Source: Oikopleura dioica
Taxonomy: Eukaryota; Animalia; Chordata
NCBI GenBank assembly: GCA_907165135.1
Contig: OU015566.1
Coordinates: 6,386,001-6,450,000, forward strand
Length of the DNA stretch: 64,000 nucleotides
Reading direction: 5' to 3'
The notes below the pieces were generated by a model, which saw nothing but the letters and a program-made list of their open reading frames with translations, did not search any database and had not been told where the DNA came from. The stretch's first letter is position 1. Every line of letters starts with the position of its first letter. Both the position numbers and the translations under genes were made by a program. Shown here one piece after another: positions 25,903-37,713 of this stretch.

Positions 25903-28826
25903 TTTATCATCTTACCATTCGAATAAATTGCATGTTGATAGGGATTTCTACTAAAAGTCCTTTCGTAGTTTTTGCAAATGAGGCGGAAATTCTACGTGCT
26001 CGCGAATACAAAACGGAAGCAATTAGGTCATTCGCTTGAACGGATTTTTATCCGATGTAAAACTGAACTCAACGTCGGAAATATTCATGCAGCGTTTTAT
26101 TTTCTAATCGATGGACAGTTTTCGGAAGTGAGCACTGAACGGCTGCCATTTAATTTGAGGAGCATGACGAGCGGAAGGCTTCTTTTGCGGCAGTTGGCTG
26201 TCTGTAATTATTTTTGAATACAGTGATTGAGGAAATGAAGGAATAGAAGTACTAACCCTGAAACCAACTCGTTCGATTCTGAAATTTCGAAGGAAGATAT
26301 TCGTTTTAGAAATGAACATTTTCTTCCTTTTAGGAATCATTAATCCGGACATGCCGGTTACAGGCCGCGCTCCGGCTTCTGACATTCTTGGACTTTTACT
26401 TTGGTACCACTCCTTCTCCTGTCGTCTGTTAGTTTCTGCATCTCTTCTTGTAACTCGCCTATAATGGGGGAAAAAGAATTGTTGGGGTTGATAATGAGCT
26501 GCTTTCTCTTTGGGTAAATTCTTGTATTTTGTTTAGCAAAAAAATTGTGAAAGAATCGTCTTATATCGAATTTCTACTGTACACGTTTTTATCCCGTATT
26601 CGATCCCCTTAATCGCTTTCTGAGAAGTAAACAAGTCTTGAATCCACGATAATCCTTGTCAAGCGTAATTCTAGCCTGCTCCGGAGGCAGCGTGTTTTGC
26701 GAGTACGTAACAATTGAGAAGATTGAGTTCACCTGCTCTTCTTCACTGGATTCTGACTCGCTAGACTCGTTTTTAATCGGCTCGTGAATGTTTTCGTAAA
26801 ACTCCTTTTCTCCCCTCTGAGTTCATTTCTGATGCGACAAATAGCGCAAAAATACCAACCCTGTAACTTACAAGATTTTTGTACCAACATTCCGAACTGC
26901 TATCATTTCAGAATCATCATCAGTTCAAAGAGCCCCCGCCGAGACCACGTATTTTGCTTAAATTTTTTCTTATCAATCGAACTCGAAGCCTTCGGTTGAC
27001 ATTTTCAGCCACTTGTTGCGGGTCTCTTCTGCAAATTTGGTCTTGTCCACTTGTCCTCTGAGCACGGCATTTTTTGTTTGCAATCGAATGAAATTCATGT
27101 AGCATTTTCCAAGCCGCGGAGGGTTGAAAAATGCTTCTTCTTCACATATTTTTCTCTCTTTTCCCTTTTTGAAAAAGCGAATTTGGGAAAAAAAACTCAA
27201 GAAAAATTGATGATTCATCCTTTCTAGAGTTTAACTGCTCATGCTCCAGTCATTTTTGGATAGAAAATTAGGGATGATTATTGTAAAAGAATTTCTATGT
27301 TGAATTCATCATCCTTCTAAAAACTAAGACCGGGAAGAAAAATCATGTCATCCGAGCTTAAATTGGATCATGGCAAATCTTCGAGGGTCCGCGGCGGATT
27401 TAGTGAGGGAAGAAATTTATTATCCACCGTAAGACTGTTTTACGAAAAAAATATTCTTCCTTAGAAAACAAAAATTTAGGGCATCAACATCGTCGTACTA
27501 TAAAATTAATACACAATTACTGAGGCCTTTGATTAGTGCTAGGGTTAGGGTAAACGATTGGGTTAGGTTTTCAGTAATTTCAGAGAAATTTTGAAATTTC
27601 AGACAGAAAATGCTTCATTAATTATAAATGATAATTTAACAATATGGGTCAATATCATTTTTCACGAGAAAAAGCCCAGTCAACAATTCAATTAGCAATG
27701 GCTACCTCCTTAATCATTTTTTGATAACTGCGGCAATTGTCCATAAATGCACGCGATGCTTTAAGGGTACTATCTTCGATTTCCAGAAGGTGTCTTTTCA
27801 AAAGATGAATAAGAATCGGTTATTAGAAATGGATTCTTCATTAAATTCTATGATTATACCTAATTGACAACTATTCAAAATTATCAATATATCTTGAGAT
27901 ATGGCCTCTAGAAGTTTTTTCGAAAAAAAATTTTGAACTTCGATTTTCTCGATCAAGTGCTTGTTCGAAAGCTCAGAGCAAGAGCAGTATGTTGGTAGCT
28001 GTATCCATCGCGACATCAAGATATTTTTGATTTTAGAGCCAAAAATGTGTCGCTAACTTTTAAAAAATGCTCAATTTTCGTAAAATCGGCGAGACACAAT
28101 TTTCAAAAAATTATTTTTGGTATTTTTAGTTTTTCAATGAAAATATCCTTCTGTAATTTTAAAGATTAATGTTCAAACTTTATTTAAAAAATAAAATAAG
28201 GCCAAGTTATCAGACTTGTTTTTGAGTTATTCAGCCGTTTATATAGGCCATTTTGGCGGAGATGACCACTTCAAGCAAAAATTTAGCCGCTTTTCGGTTA
28301 AGCAATTGATAAACCCCTCTGTAATAGTTAAGATCTAGGACAGATCTAATCAAAGAGCCCATATAAACTCAGCAATCATTCACAAGTTCCGAGTTATTCA
28401 AAGCTCAAGTTGGGGAAATCGAAGATAGTACCCTTAAGTGGCCACTTGAATATTCTAATCATAATCGTTTTAGTAGATAACAACTTGTGCCTTCAAACTT
28501 GCGCGCTGGTTTCAACTTTGGGAAAAAAATGGCGAGCAGAAAATGGGAAGACATAAACGTGGTTAGACGAATGCAAAAGCCAAAGTCTGGAGGACTTTCT
28601 AATTGCGCGGTCCTTGGCTTGTGGAAAATTTTCAAAGAGGAAAAATTGGCAGCTTCGTTCGGCAACAATGAGTGCCGGCCAAGTTGATACATCCGCGCAG
28701 CCATCCGGTGCACGTAACAAGGAGATCTCTCTTCTGTATTTTCTTTCGGTGATAGCATCTTGAAGAACGCTTCTATTTCGAATGAGACTCGTTCATGAAA
28801 GAAAAAGCTGCTTCGAACAGGAAGAG

Positions 28827-28918
28827 CTGGGCTCGGCAATTTGAGCATAAAACCTGAGCTTTTCATTCTAGCTCTTTCAGACCCTGACTCAGGTTTTATT
28901 CTCAGGTCATCAAGGCCT
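28827..28918. mobile_element. Internally deleted AAGCCGC-family MITE
   Basis: CTGGGCTCGGCAA..AAAACCTGAG..TCAGACCCTGACTCAGGTTTT. Confidence 0.6.
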
Positions 28919-29431
28919 GAAGAAGAGATACTAAGGCGATAAGAATCAAGTTCGATCTGTTACTTTCAAAATTCAAGGCCCAACGAAGTTCAAATGGAGA
29001 TTAGAACGTGTTGATGCATCTTCGCAAAAAAAGAGAGGGCAGAGGTTCGGTATTATACACCAGTTTGAGAAGCGATCGCATAATCAGGATTGTTCGCTCT
29101 CTCTAATGCGGACTTGGTGACGCAAGCTTCGCAGGATTACTAAAGCGACCCCATAATCGCCGCTAGTGAGACTCAAGAATAAGACACTTCGTAAAAGACA
29201 TGCTTTTACACGTGCTCAAAAAGACAAACTCTCATTAACGAAGACGACGAAGAAATAAGGAGTAAGAATCATTTTTTCTGAAATGATACGCATCGATAAA
29301 CATTTTTTCTGCTGAGAAAGCACAAGTAATTATTTGCTTTTTGAGAGCATTGGAAACGATGTTTATTCAGTACTTACTGAATAAATGTTCTGAATTTGTT
29401 CTCAGCCGACGTTCAGAAAAATAATTTGAGT

Positions 29432-30114
29432 ATGTCAGATTTTAGAGAGACTATCAGATCAAAATCTTACCTAAACGCTAAGGCCAGTTTCAATAGAAAC
29501 TTGGACAAGCTTCATAAAGAGTCTGATTCACGAGTAACTGCACTTGAAAGAAGCATTGGGGACTCTACACAAAATATACAGGTTTTCAGAAATCAAATTG
29601 AAGAACTTCAGCTTCATGGGTTGGAATTGTCTCAACAGATAGTTGATTCTGAAAAAGAAATCCAGCTTCTATCAGATAGATACTGGTCTCTGAAAAACCG
29701 GAAAAGCAAATTATCTCTAGAAGTGAGATATTTTAAATTTATAAGTATTTTATTTCGAGTTTTTAGCGTGAAGCCCTTTTTACGCAAGTTCAAAATCTCG
29801 AAGAGAAAATAACTGAAAATGAATCTTCGATCGCCGACATGAGAAGAGAGATAAAACAAGAGGAAGAAAACTTCAAAGCGAAAATGGACAAGCTTTCCGA
29901 AAACTACGAGAAGCCAGAAGTCGCAAAAGAACCACGCTGCGGGATATGTTTGGAGGAGTATGATGATGACTCTCATAGAAAAAGCTGTTTGACTGTCTGT
30001 GGACATATTTTTGGTGAAAAATGTCTTAGGAAGGTTCTCGCAGATTCAAACCGATGCCCACTTTGCAACAAATTATTTTTCGAACACAATATTCTAAGAT
30101 TGTTTCACGGCTGA
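29432..30114 (+). CDS. Coiled-coil plus C-terminal modified RING (C3HGC3, RFWD3-type) E3 ligase-like protein
   Basis: GT-AG intron 29723-29766 joins ORF 29396..29812 in frame to ORF 29839..30114. CGIC-x16-CGHIFGEKC-x10-CPLC. The start codon is uncertain. Confidence 0.75.
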
Positions 30115-33100
30115 ACTGAGAATAAATATTTTCTACTCTAAAAATATGAAGGCAATGATTCGCATATAAACATGAACCACTAAATTGAGTTCGTGCTCAA
30201 GTCTAACAAGCCAATTTCGGTCGGTGCATGACGCCATCCCAAACACACTCGCGGGCCCACGTGTTTCAAGTTGACTGAGATCAGAAGGCTGAGGTGTTGT
30301 TTGGGGCCCATCCGGGGACAAGTGCCACTTGAGGGGACATTTATGGCTTGCCACAAAATTATGTGTTCGATGGGAAGTACTTTGTTTGTTGTCATCGTTT
30401 TTCGCGGAGAAAAGGACTGGCGCCCTTAGCTAGAATTGAAAAGAAACGAAACAGAACTAGAAGGTCCAGGACGTAAACTTCAGTTCAACCAACGAGAAAT
30501 TAGGGCCGATCATATTTAACGACGTTTGTGGTCGACTTAAAGGCGTTAAGGAGCCTCGTTACGGATATTTTTCGCAGTTCATTATCATGACGATACTCCC
30601 TTAATCCCTTTTTTTAGGGAAAGATGTCATTTTTGGATAAATTTTCGGCGCGTTTTTCCGCAGAAAAGCGTGTTTTGATTTAATTTATTTTTCCAAATTT
30701 GAAATTTCTCGATCCAAAATTTTTCAAATCAAATTTACTTCATCCGTTTTAATGTTACTCCAAATATTTTTGCTCCTCTGAGTCACTTCAAGCCGCTACG
30801 TGTTCTAAAGCGTAACCAGATGTCACTGAAAGAAATTCCAGTGCGGATGAGCAGCTACCTCTTTCGCCAGCTCTTCTTGAAAACGACTATTTCTCAGCCG
30901 CAAAGAACTGACAAACTATGCTCCCAAGAAGCCATTCTGGGTTCAACCTTGCAAGCGTCGCCATCAAACTCGCGGTATTTTAATGTTTTTCAAACTGCTG
31001 TAGAACGAGATATTTCCGCAGGAATTCGGCCTTGCTGGGTCGCGCCACTAAAATGCATGCAAATACCTTCTGTTGCCAAAATACATATCTTTCTTTTCCC
31101 TCTGTTTTTTCACCACTTTGAATATGCTAAATCCAAAGGGAGCGACAAAAAAGTCATTTTCTTTAGAAAAAACCCGCTGTCAATGCTCCTCGTATCTCCG
31201 TTGAGTACTGTTATACGCGCGGCGGATTTTCCCCTCAGTCTGCGTTCCACACGGAAGTTCCTTGTCTATTCAACTCTGCTTATGTCAAAATCCGATGCCA
31301 GCAAGCCGAGCTCACAAGCATCATCTTTCGCAAGATTACAAAATAAACCCAAATATTTGAAGATTTCTTGGTTACCTGTTCAAATTACCGCTTTTATTGC
31401 CAAAAAACGGTCAATCTCGGAACAAAAGTAAAAAAGCCGCTTGCGGCTTTCTCAAATATGCGGCTCAAGAAGTATCATTTTTGATCTGAAAGCCGCAAGC
31501 AGCTTTCTAAAGCCAGACCTTACTTTCTAATCTTTTCATTTGAATATAAATTTTTCTTATTTGAAAGTCGAAAGTAGCTTTTTAAAGTCGAAATTTAATA
31601 ATTCAGGCGTTGTTTCTATTCAATCCCACTTTTTAAATTCGCGAAAATGTTATCAGAAGTCATTATGAGAAGATGGTTTTTAAAACAAACCGCTGATTCT
31701 TCAGCTGATCATCTGAAAATCAGTTGGCCCTGAAAGCGCTGAGAGCGAAGGAACACCTGAGTCAATGCTTGGCAATTTCGTCAGAGTCATTCACTCAAAA
31801 GAGTCATCCCTGGAAGTGCTGCCAAAAGCTGGCCACGCGGTGGCGCGAGGAGCGTTTTTTCTTCTACGCGTTCGCGTGCTATGCGTAACCTCTCGTGAAG
31901 GTTCGTGGAGTGCGAGCGCCACCTAGCCGTTCCCGCGCGCGCCCTCCGCAAACGTACCAGCCGATCTTGGTCAAGCCGATAGCTTCAGGAAAATAGCACC
32001 AAGAAATAGAAAATAGAAGAGTCCTTTTTACTTTTATAAAAAGCATAAAAGAAAGAAAAGAACCGTTTACTTTTTACACAAGAGAAATACTCCCTTCCTC
32101 CACCGAAAAAAAAGAAAGAAAAAGAAAACTTCTTTTCTGAAAACTTCTTTTCGGAAATCAGAGAAAAAAAGCAGCGTTTTTCTTCGAATTTTATTTGAAA
32201 AAAAACGACCTTTTCATCAGGCACAGTTCAGAAAAACGGGTAGAACCAATTGTTGGAACTGATTTTTATGGATAGGGTTTTCATTGGCCGGTAGGCCAAA
32301 TGCAGCAATCTTATTGGTTATCCAAAAATGCACTTCCAAAAATTGGTTTAGTCCAGAAATATTATTTTTGAAAGAGAGGAGAATGTGTTTTTGTGGCTCA
32401 TTTACGTCAGCGGGTTAAAATAGGGAACCAAAGACTATTTTAAAACCCCTGTGCGCGTCTTTTTGTTTCTTAAATTTCAATTTTGCGGAATTAACTATTA
32501 TCCTACTCACTTTTAACCCACTTTTTACCGTGTTTGCTTACTCTTCCTTGTTTTCAAATGACTTTGATAGTCTTAGTTTCCTTCTAATTATCATTTAATA
32601 TCAATTAAAAGGAGCCTGAAAAGCTCGCTTTAATTGAAACCCGCCTTTAAAAATTGGATTCGTTAATTTTCCAAGCAATTAAACGCGCGTTAAATTGTGA
32701 TTTTGTACAACGTTGCACGGTCGGAGCTCTACGTCAGATCCGCGGTCATGATCGAGAAGCCGCCTCCTTAAGATTAAGGGCATAGAATGTATATTTGACT
32801 GGATGGTGGAGGTTGTTTGGCCACAAGGTTTGACAGAGGGCCCGACCTGAGGTTGACCAGAGTGCTTTTTCTGACTTGAATTTCTTGGTCGTTTTTCACG
32901 TGACTTAGATTTAAATAAACTTGATAATCAATGATAATGTATTGATTATTCTAAGATCTAGCTCAGATATCTCAAATTTTTGTACTTTTATAGTTATTTC
33001 ATTTTTTAAAATGACTAGAAAAATACTTATTTGTTTCATCTTTGTTAGATTTGTGGTGTCCCCTTATTTTTATCTAGAATCTGAAATGATTTTACGCGGA

Positions 33101-34903
33101 AGTCCCGTAAGTGGAACAGGTGCTCCTTAGTTGTGATGCAAAAAGAAAACTGAGTTGCTGTCTGGCCGAGTTAACCCAATATAAGCAATTTGCATTTGTC
33201 GCCTTTTCCAACAAAGAAAAGGTGTTTTCTGGTCCAAGTGCGATAAGCGCACAAGTTCCTCGGCAGCCGCTGTTAACAAACGAACGCTCAGTTTATGCGA
33301 TAACGCCCGGCAGCAGCTCTCTTCTTAGCCTAGCAATCACGTGTTATCCGTTTCGAGGAAAAATTCTTTTCAAAGATTTTTCGAAAGAGAAAGGCTTCTA
33401 TTTCGCCCTTATCTCAATATTGACCCTTTTGCCAAGGGAGCACTTTTTCTACAAAGGTTAGATGGCCAATTACTTCACTTTGGTAGCACCATTTTTAGAC
33501 AGAAACTTAATCTTCGATTGTTGATAGGTACCATATTGTTATTTCCAATGTTATTAAACAAGACTTGTGCATGTTCTCGATCCACGAGTGTCCATGCATT
33601 TAATGCCAATTTAATCCATTTCGCTTCGCCAAAACAACAATTATTAATGATAACCCACCGCTCTTTCTATTCTACTTCACAGGACACGTTTTACACGAGT
33701 CCGAGTTCACGCGTAAAACAACTGTTTCTTGTTCTTGCGGATCCATGTTCGTGTCTCTTTTCGATTCTCAATTAGCAAAAAATCGTGATCTTTAGTATCG
33801 TGGAGTTTTCTTATCGACCGCCTATCGTTGTATCATTTCAAAGATAATATCGAAATGTTTCCGGGTGTTTTTCTGACGATGAGACGTGTTCAAATGAACT
33901 TTAGAAATTTCCGCAGCTCTTTTTAAGGGGGTAGAAGGCGTTAAACCCATTTTCAAAAATAACACAGTGACACCCTTATTTTAAAATGCCTTGATTTGAG
34001 GAGTAAATTGAGAAATCTCTAAGCAATATTTCTTTAGAAAATTTATCGTTAGGACTCCCTTAAGTTTGAATCGAAAATGCTCGAGAACGATTTTAATTTT
34101 CATTGAACCAAACATTTAAAATTAAAAATAGAACGGAATTTCAGTCAATTTCGAATTCGTGTCCGATCTTCTCGAGATTAATTTAATAAGGCACCCGAAG
34201 TCGGGATGATTCGGAGATTTTGAGTATTGCAAATCTGGCGAGAGCGTCTCAGAATCCCATGACTGGGCTCGGCGGTGCACCGCTCGTTGGCCAGATTAAC
34301 GCGGCCAGTGGAGCCGATTGACGTTCCATTCGAGGCCGCAATTTACTTAGTTCCGAGCCAGTATTTACCGTTTTTCCGTTGCTACTCGCTGCGAACTACC
34401 AGTCATCATAAGGTTTAACGCGTCAAGTCAGAAAAACAACTTCGAGATTGACCTTTAAAAATGAACTAAAGAATCTCTAGAGCAAAAATTTGAACACTAC
34501 AAAGATGCCAAATTTTCGTTCTGTTTAATGTTACAGTTAACTTTAATCCTGATTTAATAAAATAAGGCTCAATTGCATTATGAAACCCCTCCATATGCAG
34601 ACTTTTAGTTATAACGAGAGCATACAAAAATGACAATAAGAAGCGTAAAAGCCACCATGGAAACACAGTTGTAACCCTAGCTGTTTCCATGATGGATACA
34701 TAACGGAAAGATTGGCTTTGGATAACTCTATTTTCCACCAATTGATGGCCACGCGCTCGCGGTAAATGCCAACTCGAATCAATTTCGCCTTCGACTCTCA
34801 CCAAGAAAAATCAACACCCCTCTAAAATAACAATCCTCAGTTCCGCCCCACGTTTTTCTCTCTCAAACAATTCCTCATTTTTCTGAACTAAAAAAGACCA
34901 AAA

Positions 34904-35102
34904 ATGAAACTCATTGCTTCGATCATCGCCCTCGCCGCCGCGAACTACAACTCACACACTCTTCCCCAAGACGTTTCCGAATTGACCTGGGCTGATGAGG
35001 CCAACAGAGAGCTTTTCGAAGCTCGAGAAGCGCACAAGGAATACGTCAGATACCAGGCTCCAGATGATGAATACGTTCCAATTGAAGATCTTCCTATTGT
35101 CT
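34904..35102 (+). CDS. First exon of a secreted protein
   Basis: MKLIASIIALAAA signal peptide; GTAAGT donor at 35103 (phase 1), compatible with the phase-1 acceptor at 41666. Confidence 0.6.
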
Positions 35103-36902
35103 GTAAGTATTTATTCGTCTTGATTTTCTTAGTATGACGGTCCCAAAATGGCAGGTCAGAGTTATATTTGTGATTTCTCGTCGAATAATATCTGAATCAA
35201 AAATATTTTTACGATGATTTTTTTCAAAAATTATGGTTTTTCAAAAAATTTTTTTTTCGTTTTTTTAGTCGTTCGAATTCAGAGAAGTCATTTTAAAATT
35301 AAAATTCAGCGCAGTTTATTCCTTCAAAAGCAAAAATCCAAGGATCATCCCTTTTTCGTCCTTTTGGACCGGTCTTAAACAAACCTAAACGTGCGTACGC
35401 TCTGTCTAATCCCACGTGATTTATTTTCGGGAAAATGAACGTTGGAACTTTTCGTTTCTCAAAATCGTATTTCCCAAAAGACGACTAAAGAGTTTGGCCC
35501 TGTGAGGTCAGAAAAACGGAAACATTAGGGAGAGGCTAATTATTGCTGCCCAGAGTCTCTCAGAGCAGCTCCGGTCACGTGAGAAAATGCCCTGCTTCTT
35601 TTTCTGTCCTGCTGTTTTCTAAAATCGAAACAAGGTGCCTTGGTTGAATAAAGAGCCGGTTAAACGGGACCAGCGAGGAGCAGCTGCGCCCACCAAATTT
35701 ACACAATCGACCTCTTTTCTCGAATCCGCGGTTTCTTCAGTTGAAAATTGCTGGAATTCGGAATCATCTTTAGAAAAGAATCTTCGAGTCCCTAATTCAT
35801 TTCTTTCCAACTCGAGGGAACTTCCAATTGGCGCATTAGATTAATTCGACACGTTCCAGGGCGGGTTCATTCAACCTGGCTCTTGTCACGGGAGAATTTA
35901 GGGCATTGATCGATCGAGTTAAAAACTTGACAAGGAGGTTTGCCCTTTTGCTCTAGAATTCCAGCAGAACGATCGTCTTTTTTATATCAACTACCGATTC
36001 CTTCATCCATCTTCGGTGCTTCTTTTTCCTCGAAGAAAGTTTTCTCAACTCTTCAAAGAAAAAGAAGGAGGATACCAAACACGATCATGTCAAGAAGAAT
36101 TTTGTTCAACTTAGAAAGCGCTATCGTCTCGATCGCGTAATAAATTCGACACATTGACACGAATTGCTTCACGAATCGAAAGAGCAGTCATATAGTTACA
36201 AAACGAAAGAAAAGACTTGAACTTTCATGTTCTAAAAAAGAATGAAGAATTTGAATTAGCAATTTCGATTTCGATTTGATAATTTTGGCCAGAGTAGTTC
36301 ATTGATTTGAGCTGCATTTGATGAGCTGCAGTCGGAATCTGGAAAATGCTCTCTTGAATTCAAGAGCTCGGAAACACTGGCATTCCATAAAACGAACGCT
36401 CCTTTTTCCTTGGCTCTTTCGCTTTATATACCGGAAGTTTAGAATGGCTCTCTTTTTCTTCTGCTTTGATCTGGATGTCTCCTATCTGAGACCAGTGTTT
36501 GAAAACCCGCAACATTTTCCGCGGGCGCGGGCGGTCGCGGGGGCGGATTTCAAAATTTTCCGCGGGCGCGGGCGGGCGCGGGGGCCGATTCCAAAATTTT
36601 GCGCGGTTGCGGGCGGGCGCGGGGGCCGATTTCAGAATTTTGCGCGGGTGCGGGCGGGCGCGGGCGGGGGCCCCGCAAAAAATCGCGCCCGCGGGCGCCC
36701 GGGGGCAGGGGGCGCCCGATACCCAAACGCCCGTAGGCCCCCCGGGTTCGAGGGATATTAATCTGCAAATTTAAGACGAACAACTCTCAAAAAAAAACCA
36801 TAATTGAGCTAAAAACTAAGATAATTTGACTTTTTAAAACAATGGGTGTGGGTGGGGTTGGAGACAAAACTGAGATTGATCAACTCAATGTTCCAAGCCT
36901 AT

Positions 36903-37503
36903 GTCAAGCCCCTTAAATCAAAAAATCAAGGAACGGGGCTGAGACGGCCCGAATGGCCGTCAAGCCCCTTAAATCAAAAAATCAAGGAACGGGGCTGAGA
37001 CGGCCCGAATGGCCGTCAAGCCCCTTAAATCAAAAAATCAAGGAACGGGGCTGAGACGGCCCGAATGGCCGTCAAGCCCCTTAAATCAAAAAATCAAGGA
37101 ACGGGGCTGAGACGGCCCGAAGGGCCGTCAAGCCCTTAAATCAAAAATCAAGGAACGGGGCTGAGACGGCCCGAATGGCCGTCAAGCCCCTTAAATCAAA
37201 AATCAAGGAACGGGGCTGAGACGGCCCGAATGGCCGTCAAGCCCCTTAAATCAAAAATCAAGGAACGGGGCTGAGACGGCCCGAAGGGCCGTCAAGCCCT
37301 TAAATCAAAATCAAGGAACGGGGCTGAGACGGCCCGAATGGCCGTCAAGCCCCTTAAATCAAAAATCAAGGAACGGGGCTGAGACGGCCCGAATGGCCGT
37401 CAAGCCCCTTAAATCAAAAATCAAGGAACGGGGCTGAGACGGCCCGAAGGGCCGTCAAGCCCCTTAAATCAAAAATCAAGGAACGGGGCTGAGACGGCCC
37501 GAA
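36903..37503. repeat. Tandem array of eleven 53-56 bp units
   Basis: Unit GTCAAGCCCCTTAAATCAAAAAATCAAGGAACGGGGCTGAGACGGCCCGAA(T/G)GGCC; starts at 36903, 36959, 37015, 37071, 37127, 37181, 37236, 37291, 37344, 37399 and 37454. Confidence 0.95.
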
Positions 37504-37534
37504 AATTACAAATAAGGGGTCTATCGATAGCTTA

Positions 37535-37713
37535 CCATCGTGGACTTTTTAGCGGCGGCTAGATTCTCCGATCCGTTTCTCTAGATTTGCGTTAGCAGCA
37601 CGCTCATTTGCTCGTAGAGCGGGTTTCCTTTCAACGAGCAAATGAGCGTTCCGCTAAGGCAAATCTAGAGAAACGGAACGGAGAATCTAGCCGCCGCTAA
37701 AAATCGTCGATGG
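37535..37713. mobile_element. TA-flanked palindromic MITE (Tc1/mariner-like) nested in the hAT element
   Basis: CCATCG..TTTAGCGGCGGCTAGATTCTCCG / CGGAGAATCTAGCCGCCGCTAAA..CGATGG, near-complete palindrome; TA at 37533-37534 and 37714-37715. Confidence 0.75.

Noticed and set aside
30820-31431. 203-aa plus-strand ORF
   Set aside because: No recognisable domain or splice context, and the matching antisense frame has several stops. Cannot be supported as a gene.
36903-37503. CRISPR-like array of palindromic repeats
   Set aside because: The linkers are constant rather than unique spacers, there are no cas genes, and the context is an intron-containing eukaryotic genome.
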